Source: the human T2T-CHM13v2.0 reference genome, Homo sapiens
Length of the DNA: 64,000 bases
Strand: one strand, 5' to 3'
Assembly (NCBI RefSeq): GCF_009914755.1
Contig: NC_060937.1
Numbering within the stretch: the stretch's first letter is position 1; every line of letters begins with the position of its first letter. Both the position numbers and the translations under genes were made by a program. This document shows positions 41,340 to 54,881 of the stretch, in pieces. The notes beneath the pieces are model-generated. The model was not told the DNA's origin, made no database searches, and worked only from the letters and a program-made list of their open reading frames with translations.

Positions 41340-44229
41340 TTTACACTGGTTAACTGTGGGAATTATGGTACATTGAGAATTTACTTGATTCTGCAAGAGT
41401 CCCAGCTCCGATCATGAGTTTTTGTCCGCTACCATGCCTAGTAGTTTTTTTTTTGACTGCCTGACATTGTGTTTGAAACATGTAGATAAACCATTGAAAC
41501 TCGAGATGATGTTTTATTATTCCTAACAGAATTTACTTCGGACCTTGACATAAATTATAGAGACAGATCACCTCAATCCAATCAGAGATTGAACTGATAT
41601 AAATCTACACTTTAATTTTTGTGAGGATTAGTTCATTTCTGGTTTGTCTTTGCTTCTAAGCTGTAGCCCTTTGGGGTTGAACTACAAACCTGGTTTTTTA
41701 CTGAGGCTTCTTCCTCCTTTCGGGCCTGAACTCCACTTTTGTTTCCCCATTCTGTTGAGAATAATGAAAGTGTCCCTAATACTTTTAGTCACTTAGACTC
41801 TGCTTTTTGTTCAGCTTCTCATTCTCTCAGCCCTGAATTTATTATCAGAAAATATATTCAAGAAAGGAAGGCAGAGCTGTGGATATCTTTCTTACCTTTC
41901 TTCATTTCTATTCTATTTTTCTTCTCAATGGCATCGAACAGAGGTACATAAGTATTTCTATCTCAGCCTTTCTAAATTTCTCAGCTAGATAATTTTTTAA
42001 CAAGCTATTGCTTTATTTCTAGAAGTTTTGAAATTTATTAAAATAATTTTCAGAATCAACAGATTTTTGAAAAAATGGATTTATAATGGATATATATATT
42101 GACACCAATGATATAAATACAATTATAGAACATACCTGCCTAAATTACTCATCTTTTTCTTTATATTTTTCTATTCTCTTTCATTTTGAGATGAGTACTA
42201 GCCAGACTTCCCCTAAATTAATTCAGAAAGCATTTAATCATTTTAGGTACAGTGCAGCTAAAGTCACTAATATATAGTTACTCACCAGTCTTAACATTTA
42301 ATACATGTCAAATGTAAAGGTTTATAGTACACAATTTGTCACAATAAGTATGCCCCTATTTAAATTGCACTGTTTTCCCAGCATTTACCCTTGTGTGCTC
42401 CAGATGAAACAAATGTCATTTAATACTAAATGCTGTATGTTAAAAAAGGAAAAGTGACTATTTATGTTCCTAAATTGCATTATTTATAATGCCTAAACTG
42501 TTTTATTCAACTATATTAAGAAAATTAATTATTTCCTAAACAGTGGTGCTTAACCTATTTTTAGTCAAGTAAACGTGTAAATCTGATATGATACAGAGCC
42601 ACACTATAAAATGTCCTAACAAATATTTGTTTTTAATATCATTTGTTTTCTATTTAAATGATTTTAAAAATCATGTTTTATAAAATATTTATATTAAATA
42701 AGATACTATTTAGTCCTTCCTATACTCTTAAGCAATAAAAAAGTGACAGAAAATTCTGCTCACAATTTTAACCAAACATATTATGTTAGATTTTGTAAAA
42801 TAAAACTGAAAAATTCTGGATGACAATTCAGCATTTGCATCAATTCTAAAAACATATGACATTAATTGAATCCTAGGTGAAGCTGAGCATAAACTGGAAA
42901 TTATTGAACTGAGAGTCAGATAAATTTTATATTTATCATTGATCTATGTTAGGCAGGTGACTGCAATTCTGAGTCTTTAAACTGAGATATAATTTGGCTC
43001 ACTTATCATTTATGACGCACATTATTTATTAAAATATGAAATCGCTTCTGTAGAATAGTTTTTAGTTAATTTGAACAGCTTGAGTTTCTTTATTTGTAAA
43101 AAGAAAAAGCATATTATTAGAGCTATTCCCCCTTGATCATACGGATCAATAACTGAAGTCAGTTTATTGACCCTCTAATTTTACTATTTCAGGACAGGCA
43201 TGAAAAGCAGAAAATGAGCAAAGCAAGTCACAACTTCATGTTTAAGAGGGATATTGTTCTGAAGTAGAAGTATCGGTCTGTTATGATCTAAGAACTCCAA
43301 ATAAGAAATGTCCACATTTTTGGAACATGTTATGAAAATGTAATAGTGTAATGATGAAATGAAGCACTCTTACTTTTATTTATTGATTTAATTTTTTATT
43401 TGATCTTAGTGTGACAGAGCACACATAACAGTCACTAGTTCATAGAATATACCACTTTTTGCTTTATAGCTTTTCCACCATACAAGCTGTTACCTTCTCT
43501 CTGTATCCATAGCTGAATAGCAAGCAAGTTATTCTACTTATTTATTAGACCAGTTACTTTTGTCAACAATTTTGTAATTTCTAATTCCTAGGAAACTGGT
43601 AAAACCATTAGCAACAATGTAAACACATGTCTGACCACTGTCCTTCCAGGCAAAGTGCAAAAACTTGACTTTAACCCACTTGGAGAATTTTCCAACAACT
43701 AATGGCCATCCATTAGGAAGACTGTTAAAATGTAATTTTTATAAACTAATCTAAATTAAACTTACGTTTGATAAAATATCCAAGAAGATATTTTTGGAAC
43801 TATACAAGATAATGTTAAATTATGTTGAGAAAAATAAGAAAAGGATATAGATGTATAATATAAGGTATAACAAATGATAATGGCACCAAAAAATACACTT
43901 ATGTTTAATTACACTGATCGAAAGAAAACTGTATGTATAAAATATAATTAGATACAATTTTTCATGTGCCTGACAGGCAAAAATGAAAACAACATCCTTG
44001 CATATATTGGTGCTTGGGCTGTAAACTGATGATTCTCTATAAAAGAAACATTGACACATCTCCAAAATTATTTTAATATATGTGTGAATAAAACTATATG
44101 TATAGATATGATGTGTTCATAAAGATATTTACTGCACATTTGCTTGTAACAGTAAATTATTCAGAAAGATCTAATCTATCAAAAATAAAACCTTGAAACT
44201 AATTGTGTAAATCATAGTTGGACAACTAA

Positions 44230-44400
44230 GAACCTAAGAACTGCCTGTTTTTATAAATAACATGTTATTGGAACATGGCCACACCCATTTATTTGCATGT
44301 TGTCTGGTTGCATTGTTGACCAGCTGTGACAGAGACTGTTTTATCCACATAGCCTAAAATATTTACTAGCAGACCCCCTGTGACCTTTTGCAGACCACCA
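44230..44400 (+). mobile_element. MER58A-like hAT-Charlie element within an L1ME fragment (about 43940-44520)
   Basis: CTGCCTGTTTTTATAAATAACATGTTATTGGAACATGGCCACACCCATTTATTT...AGCCTAAAATATTTACTA. Confidence 0.8.
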
Positions 44401-44743
44401 ATATAGATTTATATCCTAGAATACTATGCAGCACTAAAGGGACAAAAAGAGCTGTGAAATTTCTGAGATGAGCCAATCTTTATGACATATGAAAAATGAA
44501 AAAATGAACATAGTGTGCAAATATATATATAATACACTCTCACATATTTATATGATATATAAATGTATACATTTTTTAATTTTCAATTTTAAACAATATA
44601 TCAGCAATATGTATTTTTAAAAAGAATAGAAAACAACACCAACTAAATATACTTTATTCATTAAAAAAAGTGAAATGGAAGATAAATATAAATTTCTGAT
44701 ATTAGGATATGCCATTTTCTATTACATTGGCTTGTGTTATCTG

Positions 44744-45106
44744 TGTATTAGTGCATTCTCACACTGCTGTAAAGATACTACCTGAGACTGGGTAATTTAT
44801 AAACAAAAGCTGTTTAATTGACTCACAGTTTTGCATGCCTGGAAAGCCTCAGGAAATTTACAATCATGGTGGAAGGTGAAGGGGAGGCAAGACATGTCTT
44901 ACAAGGCAGCAGGAGAAAGAGAAAAGGGAGAGCTGGCAAACACTTTTAAAACCATTAGATCTCATGAGAACTCTCTCACTATCACAAGAACAGCATGGGG
45001 GAAACCATCCCCATGACCCATTTGCCTCCCATCAGGGCTCTCCCTCAAAAAGTGGGGATTACAATTTGAGATGAGATTTGGGTGGGGACAGAGCCAAACC
45101 ATAACA
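44744..45106 (-). mobile_element. THE1D/MSTA-like MaLR solo LTR
   Basis: TGTATTAGTGCATTCTCACACTGCT...GAGCCAAACCATAACA; TSD ATCTG/ATCTA. Confidence 0.93.
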
Positions 45107-46149
45107 ATCTAATTCTAGTTAAGCTGAATGGTGAACATTTTTAGTCTATTCATCTGTTCCATGAGCAATAAGGCTTCCTTAGCCCAAAGGCATAAATATT
45201 TTTTATTAGCATATACTGTACAGCTTGATACTATTTCAGGAGAAATTTTTGAGAAATATAATTCTCAAGTTGTTTTTAATATTGCTATAAATATATATCT
45301 CCTAATTAAGCAAAAAAGTAACAGTTTTACGTGTACAACATGGCTACTTTATCCATTATAAATGTTACCTTTCATAGCATATCTAAGGTCACATAATTAT
45401 TTAATAAGTCCTGAATTGCTTACACAAATCTCCACATTTTAACCAAAAAGAATAATGTGTTTATTTGTGTATAGATAAGAACTACTGCTTAAAAATAGAC
45501 TGATGCTGTTTTTACTTCCTTTCTTTTTCTTGCACCTCAATGTTTTCTTATTATTTCTCTGCAATTCTCTCTAATTCTTTTTCTAAGCTCATTTTCACAT
45601 GTAGGAAAAATGATTTAATGTGTTTGTTTGTGTGTGATGTGTCTAAGTTCACTTTTTGACATGTTTATAGCACTAAAATATAATTAAATACAATTATAAA
45701 GTTGAGAATATTTTAATGACATTAAAAGATGATGCATCATAGCGTTCATTCTATTTCATTTATACCACACCTAGAAAGAGCATTTGAAGACAGTATATCA
45801 GAAGACATACAGATAATGCATAGTCTTTATATTTTAATTATGTCTTCATGGTTTACATATTCTATTATGATTGGGAAAATTCTTTCCAAACAAATTGGTT
45901 AAAAGTTTTCTTTCAAAAATCTAGTTAAAGATTAGCTTTATTTTTGTTAAAGTCTTAAAGAATAGCATATGAATTTACCAATAACTTTCCTTAATTCAGC
46001 AGAAAGTAGAAATAAATGATAACATATATCTTGTTTTATCACTTTTTTGTATCAAATTCCATATAATTTTTAACAATAAATACAAATATTATAACATAAT
46101 TTGAATTTTTCTTGGAAAATCACGTTGCTTAAAATCAGAATCATGTGTA

Positions 46150-46649
46150 CAGTTGACCTTGAACAACATAGGAATAGGGGTTCTGATCCCCTATCCAGCA
46201 GAAAATTCAGGTATTACTTTTGACTTCCCCAAAACTGAACTACTAATAGCCTACTATTAACTGGAAGACTTATCAATAACAGAAACAGTTTATTAACACG
46301 TATTTTGCATGTTATATGTATTACATACTGTATTCTTACAATAAAGTAAGCTAGAGAAAAGAAAATGTTGTTAAGAAAATTATAAGGAAGATAAAGTATA
46401 ATTAGTATTTCATTAAGTGGAAGTGAATCATCCTGAAAGTCTTCATTCTTGTTTTCATGTTGAACAGGCTTAGGAGTAAGCAGAGGGGTTGGTCTGGCTG
46501 TCCCAGGGGTGGCAGAGTTGGAAGAGGTGGAAGAGGTGGAAGGGGAGGCAGGAGAGGCAGGCACACTCAGTGTATCATTTATTGTTTAAAAAAAATAAAC
46601 ATATAAATGGACCTAAGAGAACAAACTCATGTTGTTCAAGGGTCAACTG
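46150..46649. mobile_element. Tigger2a-like non-autonomous DNA transposon, complete
   Basis: TIRs CAGTTGACCTTGAACAACA / TGTTGTTCAAGGGTCAACTG, TA on both flanks. Confidence 0.9.
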
Positions 46650-47576
46650 TAATTACATATGATATTTAAAGTAATTACTTTACATTTCTTCCTATTTCAT
46701 TTGAGCTAAATTTTTTAAAAGATTATCTAAACCCATGTTACTAAAAGTTTGATACATATGCTTTTCTACTGTTGCTCACTTATGTGCCACATGGCTATTC
46801 ACTTTTTATTATTTATTTACTTTGTACTCCAATACTGAAAAGATATAAAGATTTCATTATGTAAAAAAAAGTCCATTGACTCATCTCAGAGGGAGAGAAT
46901 TGCAGAGAGAAATTCATTACATTATAATTATTATTATACACATAATACGTCATTTCCTATTCAAATTATGGGACTAACACTGCATTGATTCAATGTGATA
47001 GATTATTTGATAATCTCTTTGCTTCTTGTTGTCCAGTTTATTCATAGGACCTTTTAAATTTTTCTCCCACAAGCTTTTTAACACAAACTTATTTGTCTTA
47101 GAAAGTTCCACAAACTTACTATTGTTCAATGCCCAATTAACATTTCCTTAGAATAGCAAATATATTTCAGAATATTGGAAAACAAGCGAATGTACTCTTA
47201 TACCAAGGAAATTTAGGCTATATAATGTATGTCAGCACACACAAAATGAGTTTACTTTTGAGGAAAAATGCTGGACAACTGAGGATAAATAAAAACAAAA
47301 AATAGACAATTAGCTAAAACAAAAGTGCTTACTTTTATTTTTACAAAATGAATGTTTATATATTTCATTGACTCAGTAATGCATTTTATTTTATTGTTTT
47401 TGTTAAACAATTGCATTTTGTTTTTGGTCAGTTCTATTTGAAAATCAACTTAATCTGTTTTTCCTATGTGGACCTTTCCCAAGGGATAAATTTATAAAAT
47501 TGGAATTGTTAAATATCACATAATAGCAACAAAAAAGTGCTTTGCATGTGTGATTTACCAGTAGTCATTAAAAGAG

Positions 47577-47940
47577 TGATATGGTTTGGCTCTGATGCCA
47601 CTCAAATCTTATCTTGAATTGTAGCTCTCCACAATTTCCAAATGCCATGGGAGGTACCCAGTGGGATGTAATTGAATCATGGGGTCAGTAGTTTCCCATG
47701 CTGTTCTCTTGATAGTGAATAAGTCTCATGAGATCCAATGGTTTTATAAAGGGAAGTTTCCCTGCACATGCTCTCTTGCCTGCTGCCATGTAGGATGTCT
47801 TTTTGCTCTTCCTTCATCTTCTGCCATGATTGTGAGGCCTCTCCAGCCATGTGGAACTGTGAGTCTATTAAACCTCCTTCCTTTATAAATTACCCAGTCT
47901 AGGTATGTCTTTATTAGCAGCATGCGAATGGACTAATGCA
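47577..47940 (+). mobile_element. THE1B-like MaLR solo LTR
   Basis: TGATATGGTTTGGCTCTG...GGACTAATGCA; TSD AAGAG/GAGAG. Confidence 0.94.
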
Positions 47941-48599
47941 GAGAGTAAAAGCATTATTGTTTATAATTAACTTAAAATCCCCGAACATTTCCAAGATGAT
48001 CCATTAGTGATGCCACACATTACTAAGCATACCTCTTAAAATTTCAGAACCAGCTGCTTAAAGTATTTAATGGTGACCACAAATAGTATTTTCTGTCTCT
48101 AACTTTGACATTTAAGTTTAATAATGTAAGGCAAATTGCTTTTCAAATGTAAAGATTTGCACTAGTTGTTTGCTATTTTTGTTATGGTTACCATTTCCTA
48201 AGCCAGATTAGTGTGAAGCTGATCTTAAATGATTCAGACACAACCTAGTTGAAACTCACATAAAAAAAATTCACAAATTCCACTTTGATAAATCTTTTTT
48301 GTTTTTTTACATAATATCAAATAACTCCTCAATTCTGTCAAACAATAATTTGCATTTTATTTAATTCTGTTCATGTACTACATGATAGTGTTTATATATA
48401 ATTGTAAAAAGAAATGCTACTTAAAGAAAGTACAGTCTAGCACTTTATAAATGCAATGATAAGAATGGTGGTTTTGTCAGTAAAGGTTTAATACAAACAA
48501 AAACCATCCTCTGTATTTTAAGCTATAGGGAATTAAATACAATAAAGTTTAAAGTATTTTGAAGGACAGGATCAGAAATAAAGGAGCAAATACTGAATA

Positions 48600-48960
48600 T
48601 ATGTTTCAAGATCTGATCTCTGGGCTTGCCATCTGGATGTCAGGGGCCCCTCTTGTTATTGCTCCATTGCAACCATTGTCCAGACTGCCTCACACCCAGC
48701 ACACACGTGACTCTCCTGAGGAACAGATCTTCTAGCTGCTGTAAATGCTTTCATTTTGGGGATTTGTGTATCAGCTGCCATAAACAAGGAGGAGTTTCTG
48801 TTTCACTTTTGTTATCCAAGCCTTGCACAAGTATCTCTAATTGGCATGACTTCTGTCAGGTATAAGAGATTCTGGAAAAAAAAAAAAAGAATGATTTTAG
48901 CTTTCTAAACTTCCTATGTAGAAAAGAATGAGAGAGATAATCAAAGTATCTACCTCAGTA
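48600..48960 (-). mobile_element. Possible ancient LTR (LTR33/MLT-like) remnant
   Basis: TATCTCTAATTGGC...GATTCTGGAAA...TTTTAGCTTTCT pattern only. Confidence 0.3.
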
Positions 48961-49279
48961 GTTATCAGGATTTAACCCACATGGTCCCTTTCATTTTGAA
49001 TATCCCAACCTAAAGGGTAACTTCACACAGTTTCTCTATAAATCCTTGTTTCCAAAAGTTTCAGTATTTGAATCATGCAAGATGTACCAAATCTCCTCTT
49101 TCAGAGTGTGTTATCTAAGGTATTTCTAATAATGGTAACTAAAATCTTAAACATATGAAAAAAATCAGTATGATTTCTTGTTTCTTGCCTCTCTTCAAGT
49201 GTTGTAATAAACCTAGAGTAAAAAAAAAACAAAAACCAGATTGCCAGTTATACAGCTATTTCTGGTTTATATATATATA

Positions 49280-49495
49280 ATCTCAATTTCTGTTTTAGAT
49301 TTTGGGGTACATGTGTAGGTTTGTTACATGAGTACTTTGTGTGATGCTGAGGTTTAGGATACAAATGATACTGTCACCAGGTAGTAAATATAGTATTCAG
49401 TAGTTATTCAACCCTTGCCCCCCTCCCCCCTTCTGCCCTCTAGTGGTCTCCAGTGTCTGGTCCCCAGTGTCTATTGTTGCCATCTTCGTGTCCCA
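49280..49495 (-). mobile_element. L1PA16/L1PB 3' UTR fragment
   Basis: GGGGTACATGTGTAGGTTTGTTACATGAGTACTTTGTGTGATGCTGAGGTTT...CTATTGTTGCCATCTT. Confidence 0.85.
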
Positions 49496-50646
49496 TCTTT
49501 ACATACTTCTAAAGCAACAGTTAATGCTTTGAGATTTGACCAAAGATGATGTACACTTCCTTTTACTTAGCTTTCATCAGAACTATAGTTGAATTATGCA
49601 TAATGCTTTCTAAATTTTTATATTTTTCAATAAAACTAATTTGTATTCCAAGGTTTCTGTAGTCTAAATAAAACAGAAAAACTCTGAGATTAACAACGAA
49701 AATATGTCACTTTAACCTCATTGCATTTTGAAGACTGTAAAATAGACTTAAAATAAAAATATATAATTTCCTTCAAAATTTATGTTGGCTTAGCTTGTAT
49801 GAAAGAGATTTGTAGTAATGTTAGCAGCAGCACATAAAGTTTGTGCAGTATGAACAGAGTAACTGGATGATTTTATAATAAATATATTATGTTCCCTCCA
49901 AAAATTACACATAGGCAACAGATTTAAAACAAAGTAAACCCACTGATTATGTGTGCTGCTTTTCCCCTTGTGTTAGGGAAAAAAATGTCATCAGCCCATA
50001 TGCCTTCAAAACATTAAAACTAACCACATTTTCATACAGTAATTTCTTTTTTCTTTCTTTTTTTAGCAAATACTTATTGATGAATAATTTATTAGAAAAA
50101 AATGAAGTTGGAACATGAAGCAGACAGAAGTCACAACTTCCTAAATTGCACAAAAAAGCTTAACAAAAAGTCTGATATTCTTAAACAGATATCTATAACT
50201 AAGGAAATCTAACATAAGTATAAAGTTAGTGGGTTGTACTAAGGAAGGCAATATAATTTCTATAAATATATTTATTTGGAATCATACCTAAATAATTACC
50301 CAAATTACAATAAATATGCAATGATTCTGACTTACTAATATTTCAATATTATTATTAATATTTCAATATCAATATCACTTCTTAAACCATAATAAGTTAG
50401 CTAGAAGTTTGAAGCCAGTGCACACTATTGTGTCAATTTAAGTGGCTGCTATGAGAGTACTTCATCTTTCTTCTGTACAGGCATACCTTGAAGATATTGT
50501 GTTTTCAGTTCCAGTCCTCCATGGTAAAATCAGTATTGCAATGAAGTCAGTCACAAATATTTGCTGGTTTCCCAGTGCATAGAAAAGTCATGCAGTCCAT
50601 TAAGTATCCAAAAGCATTATGTGTAAAAAGCCATGTACATACCTTA

Positions 50647-52341
<1,695 letters not shown>

Positions 52342-53416
52342 ACAATGAGAACACATGGACACAGGAAGGGGAACATCACACTCTGGGGACTGTTGTGGGG
52401 TGGCGGGAGCGGGGAGGGATAGCATTGGGAGATATACCTAATGCTAAATGAGGAGTTGATGGTGCAGCACACCAACATGGCACATGTATACATATGTAAC
52501 AAACCTGCACATTGTGCACATGTACCCTAAAACTTAAAGTATAATAATAAAAAATAAAATAAAATAAAATAAAGCCATGCAGCAAAAATAAAAAAATAAA
52601 AATACTTTGTATTGTTAAACAAAAGAAAAGTCTGACAATCATCTGGACCTTCAGTGAAGCATAACCTTTTTGCTGGTGGAGAGTCTTGCCTCAGTGTTAT
52701 GACTACTGACTGATCAGGGTGGTGATTATTGAAGATTGGGCTGATTGTGGTCATTTCTTAAGACAACAATGGTGTTTGCTACATGGATTGATCCTTTAAT
52801 GAAATATTTCTCTGTAGCATCCAGTGAATTTTGATAGCATTTTACTCACAGAACTTAATTAGAACTTACTTAAAAACTAGAGTCAATTCTCTCAAACTCT
52901 GCTTCTGCTTTATCAAATAAATTTATGAAATATTCTAAATCCTGTGTTGTCATTCCTACAATGTTTACAACATCTTCACAATGAGAAATCACCTTCTTTG
53001 CTCAAAATGTCAGCGTCTTTGCTCATCATAAGAAACAACTTGTCTTTTCAAATTTTAACATGAGATTGCAGCAATTCAGTCATATCTTCAGGCTCCACTT
53101 CCAATTACAGTTCTCTTGCTACTGCTGTGACATCTGTAGTTACTTCCTCCACTGAAATCTTGAACCTCTGAAATCCATCCATGAGAGCTGGAATCAACTT
53201 CTTCCAAACTCCTGTCAATGTTGATATTTTGACCTCCTCCCATGAATCACAGATGTTCTTAATGACATTTAGAATGGTGAATTATTTCCAGAATATTTTC
53301 AATTTATTTTCTCTAGATCCATCAGAAGAATCACTACCTCTAGCAGCTATAGCCTTACCAAATGTGTTTCTTAAATTATAACACTTGAAAGTCAAAATTA
53401 CTCCCTGATTCATGGG

Positions 53417-54134
53417 CTACAGAATGGTTATTGTGTCAGTAAGCATGAAAACAACATTATTATTCTTGTACATCTCCATTAGAGATCTTGAGTGACCAGG
53501 TGTATTGTCAATGAGTAATAGCATTTTTACAGAATTTTTTTTCGAGCAATAGATCTCAACAGTGTTCTGAAAATATTTAATAAACCATATGGTAAACAGA
53601 GGTGCTGTCATCCAGGCTTTGTTGTTTCATTTTTAAAGCACAGGCAGAGTAGGTTTAGAATAATTTTTAAGGGGCCTAGGATTTTCAGAGTGGTAAATGA
53701 TAATTGGCTTTAACTTAAACCCACCAGCTGTGATAGCTCTAAAGGAGAGAGTCAGCCTGTCCTTTGAAGCCGTTGACTTCTCCTCTCTAGCTATAAAATT
53801 CCTAGATGGCATCTTCTTCCAATAGAAGGCTATTTGATATACATTGAAAAATCTGTTTAGTGTAGCCACCTTCATTAATTATCTTAACTAGATGTTCTGG
53901 ATAACTTGCTGCAGCTTCTATATCATCGCTTACTGCTTTACCTTGCACTTTTATATTATACAGAAGTCTTCTTTTATTAAACCTCATTAACCCATATCTG
54001 CTAGCGTCAAATTTTTCTTCTGCAGCTTCCTCATCTATTTTAGCTTTCGTAGACTTGAAGAAAATTAGGACCTTACTCTGGGTAAAGCTTTGGCTTAGGG
54101 GAGTGTTGTGGCTTGTGTGATCTATCCAGATCAC
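53417..54134 (-). pseudogene. Frameshifted Tigger1 transposase remnants (CENP-B HTH and DDE regions)
   Basis: EEAAEEKFDASR, FYWKKMPSRNFIAREEK, SKDRLTL, MLLLIDNTPGH spread across several frames. Confidence 0.88.
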
Positions 54135-54486
54135 TAGAACTTTCTCTCTAACAGCAATATGGCTATTTCACTTTTTAATGATTCTTGTGTGCTCACTGGA
54201 GTAGTACTTTTTATTTTCTTCAAGAACTCTTTCTTTGTATTCACAGCTTTGCTAACTGTTTGGTGAAAGAGGTCTTGCTTTTAGCCTATCTTGGCTTTTA
54301 ATGTGCCTTCCTGACTAAGCTTAATCATTTCCAGCTTTTAATTTAAAGTAAGAGGCATGCAACTCTTTCTTGCACTTGAACACTTAGAGGCCATTTGTAA
54401 GGTTATTAATTGGCCTAATTTTAATATTGTTATATATCAGAAAATAGAGATATCCTAGGAGAGGGAGACAGAAGAGGGAATGGCTA

Positions 54487-54881
<395 letters not shown>

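Larger units (their letters stand above)
38850..42000 (-). mobile_element. Old L1M spacer/ORF1/5' fragments, split by two LTRs
   Basis: CCTTTAGCATTTCC...CTACTGGCAACAAATAC...TCTGAAAATGTCTT; GGACACTAATTACATAT. Confidence 0.6.

Noticed and set aside
40964-41353. 129-aa Lys/Glu/Arg-rich ORF
   Set aside because: Translation of the GAAA/GGAA microsatellite, which cannot contain stop codons
46214-46564. 116-aa Pro/Ser-rich ORF
   Set aside because: Entirely within the Tigger2a-like element, non-ATG start
53417-54134. Domesticated TIGD1-like gene
   Set aside because: Multiple frameshifts and stops, and it lies inside a TIR-bounded Tigger1 fossil
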